DNA of 35,275 nt, from positions 1-35,275 of the forward strand of contig JANQHR010000013.1 of the NCBI GenBank assembly GCA_028282585.1, written 5' to 3'. The stretch is from Bacteroidales bacterium (lineage in GTDB: Bacteria > Bacteroidota > Bacteroidia > Bacteroidales > UBA12077). This document shows, in pieces, positions 1-7,496 of the stretch. Position numbers and translations under genes: made by a program. A model generated the notes under the pieces. It had not been told where the DNA came from. It worked only from the letters and a program-made list of their open reading frames with translations, and did no database searches. Positions within the stretch are counted from its first letter, which is position 1. Every line of letters starts with the position of its first letter.

Positions 1-95
1 GTATAAATCCAAAAGATTTTTATAAAAAAGTAGCTGTAAAACTTAATCTACAGCTTCTCAATTTTTATAGTTTACTTACTTCTGAAATTGCCTAA
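1..95 (+). CDS. 3' end of a gene entering the window (probable preceding cassette ORF)
   Basis: Frame open from position 3 (INPKDFYKKVAVKLNLQLLNFYSLLTSEIA) to TAA 93-95, immediately followed by an attC-like site. Confidence 0.5.
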   Translation, partial: INPKDFYKKVAVKLNLQLLNFYSLLTSEIA

Positions 96-100
96 ATAAA

Positions 101-162
101 CCGTCTGACAGCAAAAGTGCTGTAACTCCCAAAAGATAGGGTAAACAAGGGCCGTTAGGCAT
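101..162 (+). repeat. attC-like site 0 (short form)
   Basis: Degenerate left core GTCTGAC 103-109; right arm GTAAACAAGGGCC-GTTAGGC (core 154-160) resembles GTAAACAAAGACC-GTTATAA of site 4. Confidence 0.65.
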
Positions 163-196
163 AGTAAGCTCGCTGGCGCAACATTTAGACAATTTT

Positions 197-228
197 ATTG
201 CTAATATTTTAGGTTTACTTTATCTTTG
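197..228 (+). promoter_or_regulatory. Bacteroidota sigma-A promoter of the TA cassette
   Basis: ATTG 197-200, 20-nt spacer, TATCTTTG 221-228 (consensus TTTG-N19-21-TAnnTTTG). Confidence 0.6.
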
Positions 229-246
229 AAAAAAATAGGTTGAATT

Positions 247-492
247 ATGAATATAGCAGAATTGAAATTGAAATTTTTTAGGCAAATAGACGGTCTTGAC
301 AAAGACAAATTAGAAGAAGCTTATGGAGTTTTATTAAACTATATTAATAGCAAGGACGATTTAGATGAATGGAGCAACTTGACTGCTGAACAACAAAAAG
401 GAATTATTGATAGCATTGAGCAACTTGAGAATAATCAAGGAACTTCTCATAATGATGTAATAAAGAAATACAAGAATAAATACAATGCGTAG
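247..492 (+). CDS. Antitoxin (addiction module component-like)
   Basis: 81 aa, acidic, W..LT.EQ..GI..S..Q....G..H..V pattern; overlaps the downstream RelE/ParE gene by 8 bp. Confidence 0.8.
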   Translation: MNIAELKLKFFRQIDGLDKDKLEEAYGVLLNYINSKDDLDEWSNLTAEQQKGIIDSIEQLENNQGTSHNDVIKKYKNKYNA

Positions 493-784
493 AGAAATAA
501 TTTGGTCTCCTTTAGCTGAAGAAGACTTAGGAAATATTCTTGAATATCTTGCTGAAAATTGGAATCAAAAAGTAATAATTCGCTTACTCAATAAGATTGA
601 CCTTGTAACTAACCAGATAGCTAAAGTTCCAAATCAATATCCAACTATTAACAAAAAACTACAAGTGAGAAAGTGTGTAGTGACAAAACAGAATACTCTT
701 TTCTATCGTGAAATTGAAAAACAAATTGAAATATTAAGATTGTACGACACGAGACAAGATCCTAAAAAATTAAAATTTCTATAA
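485..784 (+). CDS. RelE/ParE family toxin
   Basis: 99 aa with IIWSPLAEEDL..I.EYL start and LFYR....IEILRLYDTRQDP end, typical of the RelE/ParE fold. Confidence 0.9.
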   Translation: MRREIIWSPLAEEDLGNILEYLAENWNQKVIIRLLNKIDLVTNQIAKVPNQYPTINKKLQVRKCVVTKQNTLFYREIEKQIEILRLYDTRQDPKKLKFL

Positions 785-791
785 GCTTACA

Positions 792-962
792 ATGCCTAAC
801 ATTGGGTGCTAATTCCATGCGGGGTTTTGTGGTTTGCTGGCTAAGTTTTATCTTAGTGTAGTTGTTCAGTGGTGGATAACAAAACAAGGCGGAACTAAGC
901 GCAGCGACCTCATGAGCCGCAGGTGATTAAGCTCGCACGAAACTTAACGCGGGTTATAAGGT
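792..962 (+). repeat. attC-like site 1 (long form)
   Basis: ATGCCTAAC 792-800 to GTTATAA 953-959; shares CATGCGGGG, TATCTTAGT, CAAGG..GGAACTAAGCG, CTC.TGAGC with sites 4 and/or 5. Confidence 0.85.
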
Positions 963-986
963 AATCAAACTTTTTAGAAAAACTTA

Positions 987-1415
987 ATGGACAAAATTAT
1001 TTATCAAAGTAAAAGATCATGGATAGGAATTTCTGTTTTAATTTCCTTCCTTTTTTTGACAGTTATTATATTACTTGTTGGGCATAATGAGAAAGCAAAA
1101 CTTTTTTTGATAGTTTATCCTTTTCTGACAGTTTTTTTATTAATACTTTATTTATTTCATCATAAATTACTATCAAGAGTTAAAATTTATAAAGATAGGA
1201 TAGAGTTTAAATTTATTCGATTACTCTTTTGGATAAAGACAGACAGTTTCGAATTAAATAAAATTCATCAAATTAATGTCACTGGGAAATTCTTCTGGAA
1301 AATTAGAGTAATAATAAAAGGGACTGGTGAAATGCAAATTAATCAGTATATCGAAATGTATGGTTTTAGACTGGTAGACTTAATAAAAAGCTTAAGGAAA
1401 TTAATGTTTTTGTAA
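987..1415 (+). CDS. Hypothetical membrane protein (2 TM plus small beta-rich domain), cassette
   Basis: 142-aa ORF with two N-terminal hydrophobic helices, bounded by attC-like sites. Confidence 0.7.
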   Translation: MDKIIYQSKRSWIGISVLISFLFLTVIILLVGHNEKAKLFLIVYPFLTVFLLILYLFHHKLLSRVKIYKDRIEFKFIRLLFWIKTDSFELNKIHQINVTGKFFWKIRVIIKGTGEMQINQYIEMYGFRLVDLIKSLRKLMFL

Positions 1416-1470
1416 GTTATCCAAGGAAAGGGAAAATAATTAATAGACTAGTAAAATAAAAAGTTTGACA

Positions 1471-1604
1471 ACCTATAACAGCGGTTCAGAAAAAATGCGA
1501 GGTGCAGTAGTATTCTGACAATTATTGTTATCTTTAGCTTTTGTTAACGGGGGATAATGAAACAAGGCGGCAAACCCGCACTTTTACTAACCGCGGTTGT
1601 GCGT
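1471..1604 (+). repeat. attC-like site 2
   Basis: ACCTATAAC-A-GCGGTT..AAAA.TGCG pairs with CGCA.TTTT..AACCGC-G-GTTGTGC (core 1596-1602). Confidence 0.85.
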
Positions 1605-1629
1605 AATTTTATTTTTACAATATTATTCT

Positions 1630-2145
1630 ATGAGAAAAATTGCAACAATAACTTTTTTATTTTTTTATTCCCTTATAGCTTTTGGACAGTCTGACAATTC
1701 AGAAGAATCAATTTTACAAGCTGAATTCTATGTTTCAACATCGCAAATCAAAGAGCTTGCTGATAGTTATGGAATTGGGATTGGTATAGATTATAAAATG
1801 AATTTATTTTTAGTTGGGACAGAAGTATTTGCTTTCACCAAAGCAATTGGTGGTGGTTACGAATCTGACCATTATTTAAATATTGACTTCTTAGGTGGAA
1901 TTCATAAAAAAATAAAAAAGTTCGACATTAGTGTAGCTACTGGTATTGGTTTGAGCTTTAGAGACGAAGGAGAATATCATCTTTTTTTACAAGAAGAAAG
2001 CTATACCAAATTAGCATTACCTGTGAGACTGAAAGCTAATTATTTACTAAGTGAAAAGTTTTTAATTGGCTTTGGGGCTTATTCAAGTTTGACATCAAAA
2101 GTTGATATTTATAGCTTTTTCGGTTCGATAGGTTATCAATTTTGA
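1630..2145 (+). CDS. Small outer-membrane beta-barrel protein, cassette
   Basis: Signal peptide from ATG 1630 (MRKIATITFLFFYSLIAFG), alternating beta strands, C-terminal SIGYQF; the TTG at 1597 lies within the attC-like core. Confidence 0.75.
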   Translation: MRKIATITFLFFYSLIAFGQSDNSEESILQAEFYVSTSQIKELADSYGIGIGIDYKMNLFLVGTEVFAFTKAIGGGYESDHYLNIDFLGGIHKKIKKFDISVATGIGLSFRDEGEYHLFLQEESYTKLALPVRLKANYLLSEKFLIGFGAYSSLTSKVDIYSFFGSIGYQF

Positions 2146-2154
2146 AATAAAACA

Positions 2155-2265
2155 ACGCACAACATCGGGTCAAACTAAATGCGGGTGTATGTTGTTTTGC
2201 TGACATAATAGTATATTCGCGTTGGTTCGGTTTCGGTTGACAATGAATCACGGGAATCCCACGCA
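2155..2265 (+). repeat. attC-like site 3, right arm interrupted
   Basis: ACGCACAAC 2155-2163, ATGCGGG, TATATTCGCGTTGGTTC (shared with site 7); homology stops after CCCACGCA at ~2265. Confidence 0.75.
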
Positions 2266-2690
2266 AGTCTCATAAATGTAAGCCTTTATGCCTAATGCTT
2301 TCAGGACATTTTTAACAGAGTTAACCAGAAAACATTTAGCAAAGTACTTATAAAAGCTGACAAGGCTGGAAATTTATTTTTAAAGGCTTGGAAAGCTTTT
2401 ATAAGTTAGTGAATTTTACGAGTTTATTCAAGCCTTTCTAGAAAGCGTTAAGGGACATCAGCGGATTGGCGTAAAAATCAAGGGAAGCGAGCGTGAAGAA
2501 AATTTTGGTGCCATCGGCACGATCAAAGTTTTTAGGGAGCAACCCGTAGATTTTCTTGCCAGGTCGGTGCAGTCCTAGCATTTTCTTTACTGCTTTCTTT
2601 TTGGCGATGCAAAAGAAAGCAGGCTTATTTAGTTGTCCAGCATTTCGGGATTAAGATTTATAATACAAATCTTTGTAATAGATATTGAAG
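2266..2690. mobile_element. Non-coding, highly structured insertion (MITE-like) within the attC-like site
   Basis: No credible ORF; long nested hairpin ~2451-2577 and 12-bp stem CTGCTTTCTTTT/AAAAGAAAGCAG 2590-2622; boundaries approximate. Confidence 0.4.
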
Positions 2691-2760
2691 GTAAACAAAA
2701 CGCTTGGGGCTCTCTTACCCTTGATTAAAGCAGTAGGTAAACTACCCCTAATCAACAGAA

Positions 2761-2937
2761 TGCCCAATACATAACGTTCACACGCCATACGGGTGCTTGG
2801 TGGTTTTGTAGCTTTATCATATCTTAGTAAAAGTTTAAACGATAGATAATTCAGCAAGGTGGGAACTAAGCGAAGCGTTCTCTTGAGCGTTAGCGAAAAA
2901 ATTCCGTACACTCAAGTAAACAAAGACCGTTATAAAC
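2761..2937 (+). repeat. attC-like site 4
   Basis: Colinear homology to site 1 (CCATACGGG, TATCTTAGT, CAAGGTGGGAACTAAGCGAAGCG, CTCTTGAGC); right core GTTATAA 2929-2935; left core degenerate (GCCCAAT). Confidence 0.8.
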
Positions 2938-2993
2938 AATTGCTGGAAATATAAGTACAAATATTAATTAATCAATAAATAATATATTTTAAA

Positions 2994-4055
2994 ATGAAAA
3001 AAGGAGTATTAATCTTTTTATTATTAGTCTCAACTTATGGATTAAAAGCACAAACACAAATTAATTCTTTGGGTTCATATGTTTGGAATTCTAACGATGA
3101 GCCCAAAACATTCAATTATAAGTTGCAATTATCTTTTGTGAATAGCAATAAAGGATTCCCTTCCTACGGAACTGTGCTTGCAGGCGGTGGTTATTCTACT
3201 AATCAAGATGGTGGAGCATTTCAATTATATTTTCCATATAATGATGAATATGGTGGAATTGCTCCAAAAATTAGATTAGGAAAATTCAATAATCAAGGTT
3301 GGAGTAACTGGGAAACATTTTATACATCAGCTAATGCAAATAAATCATCAATTGATTGGAATGTAAAAAAATTACATGTTTCTGATAGAATTGGAATTGG
3401 AACTAGTAATCCATTCTCTAAATTACATGTTATTAACGATAATTTTACAGTAACCAGTCAAAATGGTATCTTGGTTCAAGGGACTACAATTGGAAATGGT
3501 AATTACACGGCGGCAATTGGTTTTGGGTATGCAGGAAGTATGGATGCTGCTATTACAGGTATTCAAGAAGGATCAGATAATAATTCAATGGGTTTAGCTT
3601 TTTTCACTCATCCTTCCGCAGTATCAACCGATCCAAAGATTGAAGCAATGAGAATAACAAAAAATGGCAATGTTGGCATAGGAACTACTTCAACAGGAAC
3701 TCATAAACTTGCTGTTGACGGTACAATTGGAGCAAGAGAAATTATTGTTGAAACAGGAACATGGTCAGACTTTGTATTTGATGACAATTATAAATTGAAA
3801 GATTTAGAAGAAGTTGAAAATTTCATTGAAGAGAATAATCACTTACCTGATATTCCATCCGAAAAAGAAGTTTTAGAGAATGGAATTCAAGTTGGTGAAA
3901 TGAATGCAAAACTATTACAGAAGATTGAAGAATTGACTCTTTATATGATTGAGCAGAATAAGAAAACTGAAAAGCTAATCGAGAAAGTTGAAACACTTGA
4001 ATCTAAGAATAAAGAATTAGAAGAAAAAATTCTAAAATTGGAAACAACCAAATAA
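2994..4055 (+). CDS. Secreted tail-fibre-like protein with a C-terminal S74/intramolecular-chaperone-like coiled-coil region, cassette
   Basis: Signal peptide; IGIGT/GNVGIGT repeats; KLAVDGTIGAREI..WSDFVF..Y.L..LEEVENFI..N.HLPDIPS..LLQKIEELTLY module common in Bacteroidota. Confidence 0.75.
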   Translation: MKKGVLIFLLLVSTYGLKAQTQINSLGSYVWNSNDEPKTFNYKLQLSFVNSNKGFPSYGTVLAGGGYSTNQDGGAFQLYFPYNDEYGGIAPKIRLGKFNNQGWSNWETFYTSANANKSSIDWNVKKLHVSDRIGIGTSNPFSKLHVINDNFTVTSQNGILVQGTTIGNGNYTAAIGFGYAGSMDAAITGIQEGSDNNSMGLAFFTHPSAVSTDPKIEAMRITKNGNVGIGTTSTGTHKLAVDGTIGAREIIVETGTWSDFVFDDNYKLKDLEEVENFIEENNHLPDIPSEKEVLENGIQVGEMNAKLLQKIEELTLYMIEQNKKTEKLIEKVETLESKNKELEEKILKLETTK

Positions 4056-4061
4056 GTAACG

Positions 4062-4203
4062 GCTTACAACACTCGATCAAACTACATGCGGGGTTTTGCT
4101 AGCTTACAGACTAAATATTATCTTAGTAAAATTAAATAGCAGGCGACTGATAAGTAAGGCGTGGGAAGCCTTCAGGTAGCTTACCTGCGGGGAGTTAGTA
4201 AGC
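4062..4203 (+). repeat. attC-like site 5
   Basis: GCTTACAAC 4062-4070, CATGCGGGGTTTTG, TATCTTAGT, right core GTTAGTA 4194-4200. Confidence 0.8.
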
Positions 4204-4245
4204 ATTTTTATACTTGAACAAACTAAGAACCTTAATTTGATAAAT

Positions 4246-4755
4246 ATGAATAAAAAATTATTTTTAACTCTAGTTATCTTAATAATAATTAAACTAACAT
4301 ACTCCTTAAGCATTAAAGAAAGGAATGTTCTGAATGTCTTTATCAACTCTAATGATGAACTTTTGGTGAAAGGTGAACCTTTACATATTGACAGTCTTTG
4401 TGATCGTGTTAAAGTATTTATTTTAAATCCGGAAAATGACTATGTATATTCTGAAAAAAGAGAAAGTGAAATAAAACACCTGGGAATAGTTATGGTTTCT
4501 AAAGGGATAGTTTCTGTGCAATGTGAAAGAAATACTACATACGAGTTTTACATTAAAGTCCAGAATGAAATTGAGAAAGCTTATAACGAACTGAGAAATG
4601 AGTATTCTATTGAAAAATTTGGAAAAGAATATAAATTAATTGCAAAAAAATATAAAAAAGCTATTAACGAATACTTTCCTAAAATAATTTCTGAAGCTGA
4701 ACCAAATTATGCGTGGAAAAATGGAAAACTAGTTAAAAATTATTATACTTATTAA
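4246..4755 (+). CDS. Bacteroidota ExbD-like periplasmic domain protein, cassette
   Basis: ERNVLNVFINSNDELLV, IVSVQCERNTTYEFYIKVQNEI..AYNELRN and PKIISEAEP match Bacteroidota ExbD periplasmic domains; ATG 4246 preferred to TTG 4237. Confidence 0.75.
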   Translation: MNKKLFLTLVILIIIKLTYSLSIKERNVLNVFINSNDELLVKGEPLHIDSLCDRVKVFILNPENDYVYSEKRESEIKHLGIVMVSKGIVSVQCERNTTYEFYIKVQNEIEKAYNELRNEYSIEKFGKEYKLIAKKYKKAINEYFPKIISEAEPNYAWKNGKLVKNYYTY

Positions 4756-4761
4756 AAACGT

Positions 4762-4818
4762 GCACTAACAGCAAGTCATAAAGCAAGCCTTTAGATTAGT
4801 AATCTAAAGGTTATGCGT
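4762..4818 (+). repeat. attC-like site 6 (short form)
   Basis: GCACTAAC 4762-4769; perfect 11-bp inverted repeat 4788-4810; right core GTTATGC 4810-4816. Confidence 0.75.
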
Positions 4819-4908
4819 AATCGTGTTTTTAGGGCTACATTGTAAATGTTTATCCGAAATTTATAAAACAAATCTTATAAAAAAATTGTAATTTTATAGA
4901 TACAATAA

Positions 4909-4926
4909 ACAAATTTATAAATTTGT
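4909..4926. promoter_or_regulatory. 18-bp palindrome, candidate autoregulatory operator
   Basis: ACAAATTTA|TAAATTTGT 3 bp before the ATG of an HTH protein; contains TAAATTTG (-7-like). Confidence 0.4.
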
Positions 4927-4929
4927 GAC

Positions 4930-6057
4930 ATGAGTACTGAAGTAAATATAAATGCAAACATCTTAACTTGGGCAATAGCGCGAGCAGGGTATAAATTGCA
5001 TGAATTTACGACGAAAGTCCCTAAGGTACAGGACTGGATAGATGGTAAAAAGAAGCCAACTGTTAAGCAATTAGAAGCATTTTCTAGAAAAGTTTATTTA
5101 CCTTTTGGATACTTATTTCTTTCTGAACCACCAAAAGAAGATTTACCAATTCCTTTTTTCCGAACAATACAATCTGATGATGAAAAAGTTAGTATTAATG
5201 TTTATGATACTGTCTTAATCATGCAACAAAGACAAGAATGGTTACGAGAATATCTTCGTGATAATGGCTTTGAACCATTATCTTTCGTGGGGAAATTTAG
5301 CAACAGTCAAAATGTTAATGAAATAGTTGAAGATATAAGGAATACTTTGGGGTTAAAAGAAAATTGGGCAAGTAATTTTAAAACTTGGCGTGAAGCTTTA
5401 GAACATCTTACTGTTAAGATTGAAGATTCTGGAATTGTAATGGTTTTTAATGGTATAGTTGAAAACAACACTCATAGACCCATTAGTGTCGAAGAATGTC
5501 GTGGCTTTGTTATGACTGATGAATTGGCTCCGCTTATGTTTATAAATAATGCTGATGGAAAAGCAGCTCAAATGTTTACAATAGTTCATGAGTTAGCGCA
5601 TATTTGGACTGGAAATAGTGCAGGCTTTGATTTTAGGAAACTTGAACCGGCTAATGACCCTACTGAAATACTTTGTGATAAGGTTGCAGCTGAATTCTTA
5701 GTTCCAAAAACTGAATTTAGCAAAGTTTGGGATAGAAATCCACAAATTAGTTATGTAGCAAAATATTTTAAGGCCAGTGAGATAGTTATTGCAAGAAGAG
5801 CATTAGATACTAATAAAATAAGTAAAAGTGATTTTTATACTTTTTATGAAGATTATATAAGTCGTATTAATAAACAAAAAGCCAAGAAAAAACCAGGTGG
5901 AGACTTTTATGCAACTACAAAAAAAAGGCTAAGCATGACATTTGCAGCACACGTATATAATGCTGTAAAATCTGAAAAATTACTATATAGAGACGCATAT
6001 AAATTAACCAGTTTGAAAGGTGATACTTTTCAAACATTTTTCACTAAACACTTTTAA
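4930..6057 (+). CDS. XRE-HTH plus ImmA/IrrE family metallopeptidase (putative antitoxin)
   Basis: N-terminal HTH (VQDWIDGKKKPTVKQLEAFS), RGF, FTIVHELAHIW (HEXXH), E..CD.VAAEFLVP. Confidence 0.9.
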   Translation: MSTEVNINANILTWAIARAGYKLHEFTTKVPKVQDWIDGKKKPTVKQLEAFSRKVYLPFGYLFLSEPPKEDLPIPFFRTIQSDDEKVSINVYDTVLIMQQRQEWLREYLRDNGFEPLSFVGKFSNSQNVNEIVEDIRNTLGLKENWASNFKTWREALEHLTVKIEDSGIVMVFNGIVENNTHRPISVEECRGFVMTDELAPLMFINNADGKAAQMFTIVHELAHIWTGNSAGFDFRKLEPANDPTEILCDKVAAEFLVPKTEFSKVWDRNPQISYVAKYFKASEIVIARRALDTNKISKSDFYTFYEDYISRINKQKAKKKPGGDFYATTKKRLSMTFAAHVYNAVKSEKLLYRDAYKLTSLKGDTFQTFFTKHF

Positions 6058-6062
6058 TTTGT

Positions 6063-6563
6063 ATGAGTGTTTACGTTGTTGATACTAACTTTTTTATCCA
6101 AGCTCATAGAGCTCACTATCCTTTAGATGTAGTGTCTAGCTTTTGGAACAAGGTTAAAGAATTAGCTGAAAACAAATCTATCATCAGTATTGACAAGGTT
6201 AAACATGAAATATACAGAAATAATGACGCATTAAAGCAGTGGTGTGAAGAAAATCTACCAGATGATTTTTTCAAAGACACTTCAAACATAACAGATGCGT
6301 ATAGTCAAGTTGTTTCTTGGGCGACAGCAAGAAGTAATCATTTTTTACCTAATGCTATTAATGAATTCTTGGATTCTGAAGAAGCAGATGCATTCATTGT
6401 AGCTTATGTGTTATCTGAAAATCATGATAGAGTTGTGGTAACTCAAGAATTAAGTGAGCCAAAGAGTAAGAAGAAAATTAAAATTCCAGATGTTTGCATT
6501 GGCTTGAATGTAAATTATGTCAATGTAATGACTATGTTTAGAGAACTTAGTGAAACATTTTAA
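6063..6563 (+). CDS. DUF4411 family PIN-like nuclease (putative toxin)
   Basis: YVVDTNFFIQA, ADAFIVAY, VVTQE, KIKIPDVC motifs; 5 bp after the IrrE gene. Confidence 0.85.
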   Translation: MSVYVVDTNFFIQAHRAHYPLDVVSSFWNKVKELAENKSIISIDKVKHEIYRNNDALKQWCEENLPDDFFKDTSNITDAYSQVVSWATARSNHFLPNAINEFLDSEEADAFIVAYVLSENHDRVVVTQELSEPKSKKKIKIPDVCIGLNVNYVNVMTMFRELSETF

Positions 6564-6574
6564 AAAACACGTCA

Positions 6575-6704
6575 ACGCATAACACGCGTTGCTCAAACAC
6601 CATTTAGGTTTGCAGTCAAAGTATTATATTCGCGTTGGTTCTGTCCGAGTTATTATTAACCGGATCGAAACTCCCGCACACTAACTAATGCAGGACCGTT
6701 ACTA
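6575..6704 (+). repeat. attC-like site 7
   Basis: ACGCATAAC 6575-6583, TATATTCGCGTTGGTTC, CCCGCAC, GACC-GTTACTA (core 6698-6704). Confidence 0.8.
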
Positions 6705-6722
6705 ACTATAAAACAATAAACA

Positions 6723-7409
6723 ATGATTAAATTTAGGATTTTTTTCCTGGCATTAGGAATATTCACCTCATGTTCAATCCGGTTTACTTCAGGTGAAAGT
6801 GTTTTAAATGGCAAAGTCAAATCTTGTTTATTGTTAAAATACGAGGTCAATAAAATTTCCGGTAAAGTTGAAAAAGGAAAATTGCTGGATTATGGACACC
6901 AAAAATGGAGCTTTGACAAAAAAGGAAACTATACTATCTATGAATACCTCGATTCTGAACAGAATATATTGGAAAAAACAATCCCTAAATACATTAACGG
7001 AAAAATATTAGAAGAAATAGTTTACAATAGGCAAAGTGAGATTGAATCTCGATCGAAATATACATATATTTCCAAAAGTGAAATTGAATTTGAAAGGTTA
7101 AATAAACATGGATTAATCCTTTTTAAGGGAACAATATTTAAAAACAAAAATAAGGTTATTCATCAAGAATTTACAGCATATCGAAATAACGAAATCAAAG
7201 AAAGAATGAATTGCTTTTACAATTACGACCATAATGATAATCTAATTATGTTTAAGCAAACAGAGAGTAATGGTGAAATAATCTCATTAAAAAAGTATCT
7301 GTACCTTGAATTTGATGATAAAAAGAATTGGACCAAAAGACTAGTCACTTATCCTGAATACTCTGATAAACCTAGACATATAGAAATTCGTAAAATTGAA
7401 TATTACTAG
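6723..7409 (+). CDS. Lipoprotein with YD-repeat-like beta hairpins, cassette
   Basis: Lipobox FTSC; FDKKGN, YNYDHNDN, EFDDKKNWTKR and terminal RKIEYY. Confidence 0.75.
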   Translation: MIKFRIFFLALGIFTSCSIRFTSGESVLNGKVKSCLLLKYEVNKISGKVEKGKLLDYGHQKWSFDKKGNYTIYEYLDSEQNILEKTIPKYINGKILEEIVYNRQSEIESRSKYTYISKSEIEFERLNKHGLILFKGTIFKNKNKVIHQEFTAYRNNEIKERMNCFYNYDHNDNLIMFKQTESNGEIISLKKYLYLEFDDKKNWTKRLVTYPEYSDKPRHIEIRKIEYY

Positions 7410-7414
7410 TGTAC

Positions 7415-7457
7415 TGCTGCTAACACGTGGTGTCCCGCTAGTGCCGGCATGTTGTCA
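7415..7457 (+). repeat. Degenerate terminal attC-like site 8
   Basis: TGCTGCTAAC 7415-7424 just after the stop codon; possible right core GTTGTCA 7451-7457. Confidence 0.45.
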
Positions 7458-7496
7458 GAGCTTTCCCAATCTGTTCTGAAAATATACTAAAAGTAT

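Noticed and set aside
2036-2911. Minus-strand ORFs 2036..2266 and 2651..2911 (likewise 4104..4346 and 6656..6850)
   Set aside because: They are antisense read-throughs of attC-like sites and neighbouring genes with no protein-like features.
792-6704. Intergenic repeats as plain terminators, REPs or CRISPR repeats
   Set aside because: They lack U-tails, diverge strongly between copies, and do not explain the cassette-specific start/end complementarity.
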